Origin: Candidatus Nanoarchaeia archaeon
Lineage (GTDB): Archaea; Nanobdellota; Nanobdellia; Woesearchaeales; UBA583
DNA: 58,004 bases
Assembly (NCBI GenBank): GCA_050292425.1
Contig: JBNKLP010000007.1
Coordinates: 1 to 58,004, forward strand
Direction: 5' to 3'
The notes under the pieces: generated by a model
The model's database searches: none
What the model saw: only the letters and a program-made list of their open reading frames with translations
What the model was told of the DNA's origin: nothing
Shown here: piece by piece, positions 48,479-58,004 of the stretch
How positions within the stretch are numbered: position 1 is the stretch's first letter
Layout: every line of letters starts with the position of its first letter
Made by a program: the position numbers and the translations under genes

Positions 48479-50101
48479 TTAATGTTTGTTTGATGCAATT
48501 TCATATGCTTTTAGATAGTTATTTACAAAAATATTCCAACTAAAATTCTTAGATAGATTTACAGATGCTGATTTGATTTTTGACTTATCAGAGTTTAGAT
48601 ATTCTAAAATGACTTTATGCATTTCATCAGATGCTATTTCAAAAGATTGCTTTTCTCTTTTTAAAATTTTCACACAAGTTTCTAAGGGGTGGTTTTTATA
48701 TACATATCTTCCAAATCCTGCTAGATCTGAAGTGATAGTAGGAACGGCATAAGCAATGGATTCAAGTGGCGTGTAACCCCAAGGCTCATAGTATGATGCA
48801 AATACTCCCAAATCCAGTCCTGAGATTACATCATAGTATTCTCTGTTTAGAACACCATCATTTTTTCCAATATAAAATGGCATTAACAGAACTTTAACAG
48901 TATCACCTTTCCCATTAAATAATTGAGCGTTCAAAAAAGATTTTATGTAAAGGTCACCATCAGGCATGTTATGAGTACATAAAGGTGCAAAATCTTTTGT
49001 TTGAGGAAGTATTTGACCTAGGTTGAATTTTTGAATTGCATCAAACACTTCATTGTTTTTTGGGAAGTCTCCAACAGGAATCAAGAATAAAGAAATTACT
49101 GTTTTGTCTGAGTCTTCTTTTTTCAGAGATTTGTTCAATTTACCTAAAGAATTTATTAAAACATCAATTCCCTTGTTTCTAAATTCATTTCTTCCTGAAG
49201 TGTAAAGAATAGTTGATTTTTGAGGATTAATTTCATAGGAATAGTTAAAAAATCCTTTCAGGAAATTATTTGTTTTTTCCCTTGAATGGTAGAAGAGTTC
49301 TTGGAATTCATGTTGAGATGATGCATCAAAGTTATCAAAACCATTGAATAAAATCACATCTGCAGATTTAGAGTAGAATTTTGCTGCCTCCATATCAGTT
49401 ATGTGAGATACTGTTGTGAAACAATCTGAGAAATTTGCAAGTGCTTTTTCAGTCAAGTATTTTGTTTGAACATTTAAATCATATGCTGTTTTATTGGGAT
49501 CAATTTCCTCTATGTCTGAATACAAATCAAAACCATTTCCTGCATATGCCCTTCCAAGCATGGTTGCATGTGTTGTAAAAATTGTTTTGAATCGATTATT
49601 GTTTAGAGTTTTTAGATAAAGAATTGCTCCTCCCGACATCCATTCATGAGAGTGAACATGCACATCACCCTCAAGTTCTTTCGATAACCTCTCAATTACA
49701 ATACCACAAGTCCACGACCAAAGAATTGCCTCATCAAAATCATACCAGTTTGAGTTCATAGAATCTATTGAGAATTTTTCCCAAAGAGTGCTTTTTATTT
49801 CATTGATGTGTGAAGAATATTCAATGTACTCAACTAAAATCGTGTTTGGATATCCTTGTGTAATCCATTTTCCAAAGTGAAGTTTTATTCCTAATTTTTC
49901 AAGGTCTTGTGTTGCTTTTTGAAATTTTTCAGGAACTTCCATAGGAGAGAATTCATCACTATGTCCATCTTTAAAATACCCAATAGAAAAATAATTTTCA
50001 ACATGAGGAGTTATGTATGGCATTTTCGATGTAAGAACAGTATAAATTCCCCCAACTTTTGCACAAGTTTCCCAACAAATTTCAAACAAGTTTTGAATCA
50101 T
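48479..50101 (-). CDS. glycogen synthase, GT3 family
   Basis: FEICWETCAKVGGIYTVL, HSHEWM, FTTHATMLGR, GRNEFRNKG, SYYEPWGYTPLE. Confidence 0.88.
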   Translation of the reverse strand: MIQNLFEICWETCAKVGGIYTVLTSKMPYITPHVENYFSIGYFKDGHSDEFSPMEVPEKFQKATQDLEKLGIKLHFGKWITQGYPNTILVEYIEYSSHINEIKSTLWEKFSIDSMNSNWYDFDEAILWSWTCGIVIERLSKELEGDVHVHSHEWMSGGAILYLKTLNNNRFKTIFTTHATMLGRAYAGNGFDLYSDIEEIDPNKTAYDLNVQTKYLTEKALANFSDCFTTVSHITDMEAAKFYSKSADVILFNGFDNFDASSQHEFQELFYHSREKTNNFLKGFFNYSYEINPQKSTILYTSGRNEFRNKGIDVLINSLGKLNKSLKKEDSDKTVISLFLIPVGDFPKNNEVFDAIQKFNLGQILPQTKDFAPLCTHNMPDGDLYIKSFLNAQLFNGKGDTVKVLLMPFYIGKNDGVLNREYYDVISGLDLGVFASYYEPWGYTPLESIAYAVPTITSDLAGFGRYVYKNHPLETCVKILKREKQSFEIASDEMHKVILEYLNSDKSKIKSASVNLSKNFSWNIFVNNYLKAYEIASNKH

Positions 50102-50223
50102 TTATTAAGATTTTTGCTTAAAAATAAATTAAGATTTATTAATTTATTTGAGGAGTCATTGTGAGTTTTAATTTAATAGTAAAAACTAAAATAATTAAAC
50201 TAAAAAAATTGGCTTTTGAGTAG

Positions 50224-51504
50224 ATGAAAATTTTGATGCTTGGATGGGAGTTTCCACCTTTTTTTGCTGGAGGAGTAGGGATTGCTTGTTATGAACTTTC
50301 AAAAGTATTACAAAACTATTCAGACCTTGATGTAACGTACATAATGCCGGCAGGGCCAGATAGTGAAGTAAATCTAGGAGGAAACTTCAAATTAATGGGT
50401 GCTAGCAAGATTCCTATAATGGAAAATTTTAGATTCAAAAACTTTAATTTTGAGTTTATCAGGGGAGCTTTTTTGGCATATGATACATTCAAACAATATG
50501 AAGATAGAGTTGGAGAATATTCTGAAGAATTAATTCAAAAACTAAAAGATGAGAAAGCAGGGAAAATGAATCTTTATGGTGAGAATTTGATTGAAGAGAT
50601 GTATCTTTTTGCGCAAAGAGTTGCATCAAGATTCAAAGATACAGATTTTGATATCATTCATGCTCATGACTGGACAACTATTCCTGCTGCTCTTTTGTTA
50701 AAAGAAATTACTGGAAAGCCAGTAGTTCTTCATGTTCACATTACTGAACTTGACAAAAATGGAGGAAATGGAGGACATGAGAAGATTTTTGAAATTGAAA
50801 AGCTAGGATTTTATGGAGCTGACAGATTGATTGCTGTGAGCAATTTTACAAAGAATAGACTTATGCACAATTATGGAGTTCCCGAGAGTAAGATCTCAGT
50901 AATACATAATGGAGGAATCAGCGATATGACTCCACAAATATGTGATAAGTCATACCCAGAAAAGACAGGAAAACTAGTTTTGTTTGCAGGAAGGATTACA
51001 CAGCAAAAAGGTCCTGAATTTTTTCTTCATGCTGCAAAAAAGGTTTTGGAATATGAACCAAGCACCAAATTTGCCATAATAGGACCAGGAGATTTGGTGC
51101 CAAGAATTATTGAACTTAGAAAAGAATTAGGAATAGAAGAAAATGTTTTAATTACTGGAAAAAAATACTCAAGAGAAGAAGCTGACAAATATTATTCAAT
51201 GGCTGATGTTTTTGTTATGCCATCTGTTTCTGAACCATTTGGAATTGTTCCTCTGGAGGCAGTCTCAAAAGGAACAGCAGTTGTTGTTTCAAAGCAAAGT
51301 GGGATTTCGGAAGTATTGGACCATTCATTCAAAGTTGATTTCTGGGATGTTGATGAGATGGCACACAAGATACTTGCTCTTTTGAAATATGATAATCTGC
51401 ACCATGAGATTAGACATAATGCATATAATGATTTTGACAAATTTTCATGGGAGAAGCCTACTGAAAAAATAGTTAATCTGTACCATCAGATAACTGGAAA
51501 ATAG
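50224..51504 (+). CDS. GT4 glycosyltransferase (glycogen-cluster type)
   Basis: MKILMLGWEFPPFFAGGVG, IHAHDWTT, QKGPEFF, PSVSEPFGIVPLEA, VDFWD. Confidence 0.9.
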   Translation: MKILMLGWEFPPFFAGGVGIACYELSKVLQNYSDLDVTYIMPAGPDSEVNLGGNFKLMGASKIPIMENFRFKNFNFEFIRGAFLAYDTFKQYEDRVGEYSEELIQKLKDEKAGKMNLYGENLIEEMYLFAQRVASRFKDTDFDIIHAHDWTTIPAALLLKEITGKPVVLHVHITELDKNGGNGGHEKIFEIEKLGFYGADRLIAVSNFTKNRLMHNYGVPESKISVIHNGGISDMTPQICDKSYPEKTGKLVLFAGRITQQKGPEFFLHAAKKVLEYEPSTKFAIIGPGDLVPRIIELRKELGIEENVLITGKKYSREEADKYYSMADVFVMPSVSEPFGIVPLEAVSKGTAVVVSKQSGISEVLDHSFKVDFWDVDEMAHKILALLKYDNLHHEIRHNAYNDFDKFSWEKPTEKIVNLYHQITGK

Positions 51505-51508
51505 AAAA

Positions 51509-51949
51509 TTGACAAACAATATTTTTGGTGGAGGAGATGAAAAGCTGCAATCAGAGTTTAAGGAAAAAGTAGATACTCAAACTAAGGCACTGCTTGGTAT
51601 GGTTCAACGTCAGAAAGATTTAGAATCATCTATTGATCTGCTTGATGAGAAGATTGAACTTCTTGATCATAATTCTATTAAAAATTTCAAGAAAGTAAAT
51701 CAAGACATGAAAAATATCAAATCTGATTTACGTGAATTGAAATCTGAAATTGAGATTATTAAAGAGTTTAATGACAAAGTTAAGAAACAACTTAAACTAA
51801 TGAGTACAAGAGATGAAGTTGCAAAGCTGGAGAAGTATATTGATTTGTGGAACCCCATGAATTTTATTACACGTGAAGAACTGGAAGAATTTCATCAAAA
51901 GGTGAAAGATGATTTGCAGAATATTGTTGAAGAGTTTTTGAAAAAATAA
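51509..51949 (+). CDS. hypothetical coiled-coil protein
   Basis: Heptad-rich, ending in LEKYIDLWNPMNFITREE; TTG start. Confidence 0.6.
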   Translation: MTNNIFGGGDEKLQSEFKEKVDTQTKALLGMVQRQKDLESSIDLLDEKIELLDHNSIKNFKKVNQDMKNIKSDLRELKSEIEIIKEFNDKVKKQLKLMSTRDEVAKLEKYIDLWNPMNFITREELEEFHQKVKDDLQNIVEEFLKK

Positions 51950-51952
51950 CAT

Positions 51953-53200
51953 CTATTCTTTTACCTGAGCAAATTCAACAGTTAATACTCTTTTTCTTGA
52001 AGCTTTTGTTACTCTGAATTTTCCTTGAGGAATTTTCACCCCATCATTAACTCTTGGAAGTTTGTCAAGCTGTGAGATTAGAAAACCATTTAATGTTGTA
52101 TAATCCTGATTCTCGTCAAGTTCCAAATCCAATTTGTGGTTTAATACATCAATTTCAATATCTCCTTTGATTTCAAATTTATTCTCATTAATTTTCTTTA
52201 TACCTGTTTCATCTTCATCATCAAACTCATCTTCAATTTCTCCTAAAAGTTCTTCAATTATATCCTCAAGTGTTACAATGCCTGTAAAGTCTCCATGCTC
52301 ATTTACTATTACAGCCATATGAATTCTATTTTTTTTCAGCTTTTCTTCAAGTGTGAAAATCTTCATTGCTTCAGGAGCATAAGTAATAGGCCTTAGAATT
52401 TTAGCAACAGAGAATTTATCTTCCTTTCCATGAAATTTGAATAGATCCTTTATATTAATAAGCCCAATAATTTCATGATCTTTTGACACAGGAAATCTTG
52501 TGAAACCTGTTTTTTGAGATGCTTTCACAATATCTTCAAATGAATCGTTTATATCAAGCATAGAAACCTTGTTTTTTGGAATCATAATATCATAGGCTTC
52601 AATATCATTCATCTTGAATACATTTTCTATTACCTCACTTTCATATGTATTTATGGAACCTTCCTGTTTTCCAAGTGCAGCCATTTCCATAATTTCCCCT
52701 TCGGAAACATAGTTGGCATTATTTTTTTCCTTTACAAAAAAGTTTGTAATTTTATTTAATGTGAAATTAATAGGAGTAAATAATTTAGTTATGAAGATAA
52801 GAGGACTGGCAACTTTTAGAGAAATCATTTCAGAGTGCTTTTCACCATAGACCTTTGGAATAATTTCTGAGAACATAATAATTAAGAATGTTAATATTCC
52901 TGAAACAACTCCCAAGAATATTTCTCCAAATATTTTTGATGCCAAAACTCCCACATAGATACTCCCCACAATATTGATTATATTGTTTAAAACAACAATT
53001 GTTGTAATGTATTTTTGTATGTTTTCTTTTACTGTTAAAAGAGAGAGAGCCTTTTTCTTTTTTCTATTGGATTTTGCATTATTGAGAATCTCTTTTGATT
53101 TAGTGTATGAAACAGATAGAAGAGCAGCTTCTGAACCTGATACAATCCCACTTGATATTATAACTAGAAGAACTAGAAGAATAAAAGATATTATGTCCAT
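51953..53200 (-). CDS. CNNM/DUF21-CBS-CorC (hemolysin-family) membrane protein
   Basis: SGSEAALLS, NNIINI, FSEIIPK, FTRFPV, VNEHG..GIVTLEDIIEELLGEIEDE, CorC domain. Confidence 0.92.
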   Translation of the reverse strand: MDIISFILLVLLVIISSGIVSGSEAALLSVSYTKSKEILNNAKSNRKKKKALSLLTVKENIQKYITTIVVLNNIINIVGSIYVGVLASKIFGEIFLGVVSGILTFLIIMFSEIIPKVYGEKHSEMISLKVASPLIFITKLFTPINFTLNKITNFFVKEKNNANYVSEGEIMEMAALGKQEGSINTYESEVIENVFKMNDIEAYDIMIPKNKVSMLDINDSFEDIVKASQKTGFTRFPVSKDHEIIGLINIKDLFKFHGKEDKFSVAKILRPITYAPEAMKIFTLEEKLKKNRIHMAVIVNEHGDFTGIVTLEDIIEELLGEIEDEFDDEDETGIKKINENKFEIKGDIEIDVLNHKLDLELDENQDYTTLNGFLISQLDKLPRVNDGVKIPQGKFRVTKASRKRVLTVEFAQVKE

Positions 53201-53286
53201 TTAATTTGTTTTCACCTTAGTTAAAAATTGACTTTCCTATTTTTTCTTATGATTGATTATTTTTAAAGTTATGTTTTATAAAAAAA

Positions 53287-53889
53287 TTAATTAAAATTAT
53301 TTTTGTTTTTATTATGTACTTTCTTCACATAAAACATAATTCCCAAAATAATTGTTATGGTCAGCATAAAACTAATCACAATCAGCAAAGTAGGTAGAGA
53401 GCCTGAGTCCTTAACACTCTGGGCAAACTCGCCAACATCCTCACTAACAGTGGTATCAATTAAATCAAGCTCCTTAAGCTCGTCATACGAGTTCTGGTCA
53501 ATCTCTTCCAAATTGTAATAATACTTGCCATCAACCTCATCACTTAGTCTGGCCAAATATTCAGTCTGAGTTGCATCATCAACCACAATGAAACTCTCAT
53601 CTTCAGCTTTTTCGTCTAAGTAAATCATCTCATTGTAGTTGTCTTCAAAGGAAGTTCTGTAGAATCGTTTGCCTACTTTTTCAAGAAAAACTTTCTTGGC
53701 ATTCAGGAATAAGTTCTGAATCTCATCATTTTGAGGAGAACAACTCCTTTTCTGAATCTCTTTTGCATGACAGTTATTAAGATCAACTTTGGTTCTGCTT
53801 TGAGAGTAATCAGTACAATCAGTCCATAAACTGAATTCATAGCTTGGCTCACATACTGGTGGTTTGTAAGTAGAACTTCCTCCACCACC
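53287..53889 (-). repeat. dispersed repeat, copy 2 (shared C-terminal anchor cassette)
   Basis: Homologous to 14101-14700, e.g. YLDEKAEDESFIVVDD..EYLARLSDEVDGKYYY is present in both. Confidence 0.85.
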
Positions 53890-56800
53890 TGAGGAACTTG
53901 AAGAGGTTGATGAACTACTGCTGGAACTGGTGCTGCTGGAACTGCTCGAAGAGGTCTCATTGTTAGTAGGAAGAGTGGTGTTTGTCTCAGGAGAATATCC
54001 ACTATCAAGTTCTAAGATTAGTTCGGGAATGAAGGAAAAGTCTGAACTGTCAATGGCAATATTTTGAACTTCAAAGGCCATAATGTTTGTTCCGTCAACT
54101 AAGTAATTGGTATAACTGCTTAGATCATAAGTCTCAATGTTGCCTTCTTCATGACTGGCAGAGGCACCTGTGTTAATGTCAGTAGATCCGGATTGCATGT
54201 TGATTCGTTGAATTTCATTGCCATTTAGATACATAATGAAACCATCGTCATAGTCAAGGTTTAAGGTCATGCCAAGGACTTGGGAAGAGTTGGAGAGAGT
54301 GAAGGAGTTCCTAAAGTAAACAGCTAAGTAGTTGTTGTACATGTCAGATAAAGTGGTTGGGTAAGTGTATTCATCACTGTATCCAATTCCAGAGGGACCT
54401 GAGAGCCAGGAACTATCATCAAAGCTTGGATTCATCCATGTGGAAACAGGGTTGGAAGTGCCTTTGAAGTATTGCCAAGTATCGCCAATGCTGATTACGG
54501 TTGAATTGCTGCTATTTGTTGAAACAACAGGAGTATCACTACATGTAATGGAACAACAAGTGTTAGTATCAGTGGAAGTTAAAATGTTTCCTGAACAAGT
54601 TTGAGAGGATGTGCATAAGAAACCGGATTGCTGAGCGCAAGTCTCTAGCTGACAAGTGCTGGAACAACCATCACCACTGATTAAGTTTCCATCATCACAA
54701 GACTCACCTGTCTCTACAATAGTATTCCCGCATAGAGGAGTTACTGGCTCAGTTGGAACGCCGCCATATTCAAAGGCTCCAATGTCCCAACCACTGCCTG
54801 CAGGCCGGGAATTGCCGGCAAAGTCAACTCTGATGTCAAGTCCATATCTGTCATAGAATGCCTGGTATACATCAACTTCAACTCCTGAATCAATAGCAGG
54901 AGACGAAGATTGCAGAGTGAAATCATCATTGGAAGGATTAATAAATAAAGGATTAGTGTTTGCCATTCCATTTGTCTCATGACCAAAGGTTGATTGGAAC
55001 TGAGAAAAATCATAATTTTGAGAACCACCAACCCTGAAACTTCCTGGTGAAATATACAAATTGTTATCAATTTCTGAATTTTGAACTAAAGTGTTTTCAT
55101 ATAAAAACATTTCAGAACCTTTCTGAACAGAATCAATGATATTGTTTTTGGCTACAACGAATCCCCGGGTTCTTGGAGAGTAAATTCCTCCATCAATGTC
55201 ATACATTACATTGTTTACTACATAAGTGTTTGTTCCTCCCCAAACAGAAACGGCAGTATTTTGCCAACTGTTCTCAGTGTCAAAGGTAGGGTCGTGCAAA
55301 TTATGTAAAACGTTCCCGATTATGTAATGATTTAATCCAGTACCGCCACTATCACTGTTTATGCTGATTCCAGCATAACAATCATGAAGATCATTGTATA
55401 AAAACCAAACATTTTCTGGAGCGTACTGTAATCCTGCACATTGACCTCCGGGAGAGGAACCAGAAGGGATTTGGGAATGAACAATGTTTTGGGAGAAGAT
55501 TACATCACTTGCCTGTTTGGACCAAAAACCTGTTTGTTTATTGTGATGGGCAACGTTTCTTCCAAAATATACATATCTAATTCCAGTATTTCCTGACCCT
55601 GCAGCATTAATCTGGATTCCATCCCCACTACTATAGCTTATCTCATTATCCAGAATCCAAATGTTAGAAGATGTCGCAAATACACCAATTCCATGCTTGT
55701 CCTGATCATAATCTGCCTGCCAATCTCCATTTTTGTGAATGTTGTTGTTGAAGATTAAAACATTGTTTGAGTTTACAATAGAAATTCCTCCTATTGTGCC
55801 TCCAGTATCTCCTCGCAAATCTCCATTTTTAATTGCAACATAATTAGCTCCAGTAATGGCAAATCTACCATTATAAGAAGCATTGTCCCATTCTGCATTA
55901 ATTCCGTCAAGTATATAATATTCTCCCCCCAAGACCCATTTGTTCTTGATTATTGCCTGAAGTGAGCCTGTTCCGGCACTGATTAGAAAGATAGGATTCT
56001 GAGCAGTTCCATAAAAATTGTGAGTTCGTTCTCCTCCTTCATCATAATTTCCTTCAATTACGATTACTGAACCTGCAGGAGCATCAGTAGGAAGGCTGTG
56101 ACGTGGGTTTGAAGGATAACCATTGCCAGTATTGCTTCCTCCTCGTTTTACATAGTAAAAGTTCGCAGTGTCTGAGGTCCAACTTGAAGGTAAGTCAGGA
56201 GCTTGCTCGACCATTCCAAAACTAGGGAAAGGAATACCAATTGGTGGTTCCCAAGTGATTGAAGAAGGTGTATTGTAACAACCACTAGAACCAATAACAC
56301 TACAACTGCTAGTACAACTTAGAGAACCACTATTAAAACCATAATCAGAACAGGTTTGTCCTCCAAATAAAGTGCCATCACAATTTTCCCCTACTTCAAG
56401 AATTCCATTGTTACAAACTGCAATAGGTTCAGCAGGAACACCACCATATTCAAAAGCTCCAATATCCCAATCTGAACTAGTAGAAGGTCTTGCATTCCCT
56501 TCATAATCAACCCTAATGTCTATTCCATATAAATCATAAAATGTCTGATATTCATCAGCTTCAACACCAGAATCAATGGCAGGAGATGAAGATTGCAAAG
56601 AATAATCAGAGTTCAATAGAGGGTCTGAGTTTATTTCATTCAAGGAATTACCATCAACATTAGGAAGACTGCTAGGAAAGTAAAAAAAATTATATGTAAT
56701 ATCAGCCCTTTCCCGGTATGAAGTATAATCTAATTTGACATAATCTTGATTTGCAAGATTTGAAAAAATATTACCTTTTAGTCTTAAATAGTGAGTACCA

Positions 56801-58002
56801 TCACCTCCTGTAATTGATACTCCTGAAAAAGAATCAGATACTATATTATCAATAACATGAATATTAAAGGAACTCCAAGATTCAAAAGCAGGACCTTCAG
56901 TCATCCCATGAATTATATTACCAATAAAATATATTTCATCAGGACCACTTGAAACAACATTTGCCTTATCAGAGTCATAAATCTCATTAAAAAGATACCA
57001 AACTCTTTTTGCAACATTAGAACTTGGAACATCATAGTGATTAGAAGTTACTGAGGCAGGAGATGAATTTGGAAAACCATCATAATTGTACATCTTGTTT
57101 TGAGAAACAATTACATCCAAACAACCTTTAAGATCAATTGCATTTTCGCCATCATCATGAAATTCATTACGACCAATATAAATATACTGAGGAGTGAAAT
57201 CTGGTGCTGAACTGTAAAAACGAGCTTGAAGAGAGTCTCCACCCATGTCATGAACATGATTGTCCAAGACCCAAAGATTTCTTACATTTTTTCCAGGAGC
57301 AATTGCATGATAGTCATTCTCAGTTGTGTAATCAGAATCACCAAAATCATGAATGTAATTATTAAATATAACAATATTCTCTACTAAATTGTCATAATTT
57401 ATAGTAGAAATGCCTAATACAGAACCATGACCATTTATTCCTGTTCCGGCAAATTCATTGTGCCTAAATGAAATGTATTTTGCAGTTCCTGAAGCACTAT
57501 TTTGAGAATGAGGGATTTGTGAACCTGCATTGTTGAAGTAAAAATCTTCAATTATTGTATATTGCCCATTAATCTGAAATGGAGCATTAAGCCAAGGGTT
57601 GTTAATTCCTCTTATGAAAATGGGATTTGCAGAGTTTCCATTTAAAGTTAAAATAATTTGAGTTTTCCCTGTCATTACTGAACTATAACCTGAACCATGA
57701 ACCTCAACTACACTACCAGCTTCCAAAGTAGTTGGAATTTTACATAAGGGGTTGGCAGCATCACCGTAACCTCCAAGATTGGCATCATTACAATTTGAAG
57801 CAGTATTGTCTACATAGTGGGTGTATGGACCATTGCCGGCATCTTTATAGATAAATCCTCCTGCAACATAAGTCTGACCAGAATACATTTCATGTGTTTC
57901 AGAGATTCCGAAAGGGGGCGTGGGAATACCAATTGGTGGAATGTAATTTCCATCACCATCATAAACCGGAGCAGCAAAGATAATGTTTGCTGAGAATAAA
58001 AC
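53287..58002 (-). CDS. giant surface protein, 5'-partial: 2x parallel beta-helix with SSPAIDSG/DIGAFEY modules, Cys-rich repeats, galactose-binding-like domain, Ser linker, C-terminal TM
   Basis: Frame stays open past 57888 to the window edge (..VLFSANIIFAAPVYDGDGNYIPPIGIPTPPFG..); CGNTIVETGESCDDGNLISGDGCSSTC repeat; YDDGFIMYLNG domain. Confidence 0.8.
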   Translation of the reverse strand, partial: VLFSANIIFAAPVYDGDGNYIPPIGIPTPPFGISETHEMYSGQTYVAGGFIYKDAGNGPYTHYVDNTASNCNDANLGGYGDAANPLCKIPTTLEAGSVVEVHGSGYSSVMTGKTQIILTLNGNSANPIFIRGINNPWLNAPFQINGQYTIIEDFYFNNAGSQIPHSQNSASGTAKYISFRHNEFAGTGINGHGSVLGISTINYDNLVENIVIFNNYIHDFGDSDYTTENDYHAIAPGKNVRNLWVLDNHVHDMGGDSLQARFYSSAPDFTPQYIYIGRNEFHDDGENAIDLKGCLDVIVSQNKMYNYDGFPNSSPASVTSNHYDVPSSNVAKRVWYLFNEIYDSDKANVVSSGPDEIYFIGNIIHGMTEGPAFESWSSFNIHVIDNIVSDSFSGVSITGGDGTHYLRLKGNIFSNLANQDYVKLDYTSYRERADITYNFFYFPSSLPNVDGNSLNEINSDPLLNSDYSLQSSSPAIDSGVEADEYQTFYDLYGIDIRVDYEGNARPSTSSDWDIGAFEYGGVPAEPIAVCNNGILEVGENCDGTLFGGQTCSDYGFNSGSLSCTSSCSVIGSSGCYNTPSSITWEPPIGIPFPSFGMVEQAPDLPSSWTSDTANFYYVKRGGSNTGNGYPSNPRHSLPTDAPAGSVIVIEGNYDEGGERTHNFYGTAQNPIFLISAGTGSLQAIIKNKWVLGGEYYILDGINAEWDNASYNGRFAITGANYVAIKNGDLRGDTGGTIGGISIVNSNNVLIFNNNIHKNGDWQADYDQDKHGIGVFATSSNIWILDNEISYSSGDGIQINAAGSGNTGIRYVYFGRNVAHHNKQTGFWSKQASDVIFSQNIVHSQIPSGSSPGGQCAGLQYAPENVWFLYNDLHDCYAGISINSDSGGTGLNHYIIGNVLHNLHDPTFDTENSWQNTAVSVWGGTNTYVVNNVMYDIDGGIYSPRTRGFVVAKNNIIDSVQKGSEMFLYENTLVQNSEIDNNLYISPGSFRVGGSQNYDFSQFQSTFGHETNGMANTNPLFINPSNDDFTLQSSSPAIDSGVEVDVYQAFYDRYGLDIRVDFAGNSRPAGSGWDIGAFEYGGVPTEPVTPLCGNTIVETGESCDDGNLISGDGCSSTCQLETCAQQSGFLCTSSQTCSGNILTSTDTNTCCSITCSDTPVVSTNSSNSTVISIGDTWQYFKGTSNPVSTWMNPSFDDSSWLSGPSGIGYSDEYTYPTTLSDMYNNYLAVYFRNSFTLSNSSQVLGMTLNLDYDDGFIMYLNGNEIQRINMQSGSTDINTGASASHEEGNIETYDLSSYTNYLVDGTNIMAFEVQNIAIDSSDFSFIPELILELDSGYSPETNTTLPTNNETSSSSSSSTSSSSSSSTSSSSSGGGGSSTYKPPVCEPSYEFSLWTDCTDYSQSRTKVDLNNCHAKEIQKRSCSPQNDEIQNLFLNAKKVFLEKVGKRFYRTSFEDNYNEMIYLDEKAEDESFIVVDDATQTEYLARLSDEVDGKYYYNLEEIDQNSYDELKELDLIDTTVSEDVGEFAQSVKDSGSLPTLLIVISFMLTITIILGIMFYVKKVHNKNKNNFN

Positions 58003-58004
58003 TA

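Noticed and set aside
57886-57888. ATG at 57888 as the start of the giant surface protein
   Set aside because: The frame is open to the window edge and contains the end of a signal peptide and the first PPIGIP motif
1-58004. tRNA/rRNA genes, IS elements, integrase or provirus
   Set aside because: Intergenic regions are short and AT-rich with no cloverleaf-like GC stems; no transposase, integrase, terminase or capsid motifs were recognised
1-58004. Alternative genetic code or stop-codon readthrough
   Set aside because: Conserved genes are full length under the standard code, and TAA, TAG and TGA all terminate genes at expected positions

Overview
AT-rich archaeal chromosome segment. TBP, aEF-1beta, aIF2-gamma, class III signal peptides and TATA boxes about 22-30 nt upstream of start codons show it is archaeal; the gene content and many ORFans suggest a DPANN/Woesearchaeota-like organism (inference). 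It carries housekeeping genes (thiI, xth, rad50, Trm11-like methylase, XPD helicase, hisS, Rqc2 N-terminal half), a MarR-regulated MacB-type ABC operon, a glycogen cluster (GT3, GT4, debranching enzyme) and three very large surface proteins. The most unusual parts are: (1) a co-oriented block at about 32.1-46.4 kb combining a membrane-anchored lytic transglycosylase, a classical AAA+ ATPase, two paralogous membrane proteins each paired with a helical partner, a lipoprotein and a PKD adhesin, a candidate envelope-breaching or host-contact system; (2) a divergent RelA/SpoT-fold protein upstream of rad50; (3) an apparently catalytically dead PEP-synthase homologue; (4) two giant glycan-active surface proteins sharing a common C-terminal anchor cassette; (5) a pilin fused to an FGE/CLec domain; (6) two small, translationally coupled ORFs missing from the ORF track. 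No rRNA, tRNA, CRISPR array, transposase or reverse transcriptase was recognised. All family calls come from motif recognition by eye, not database searches.
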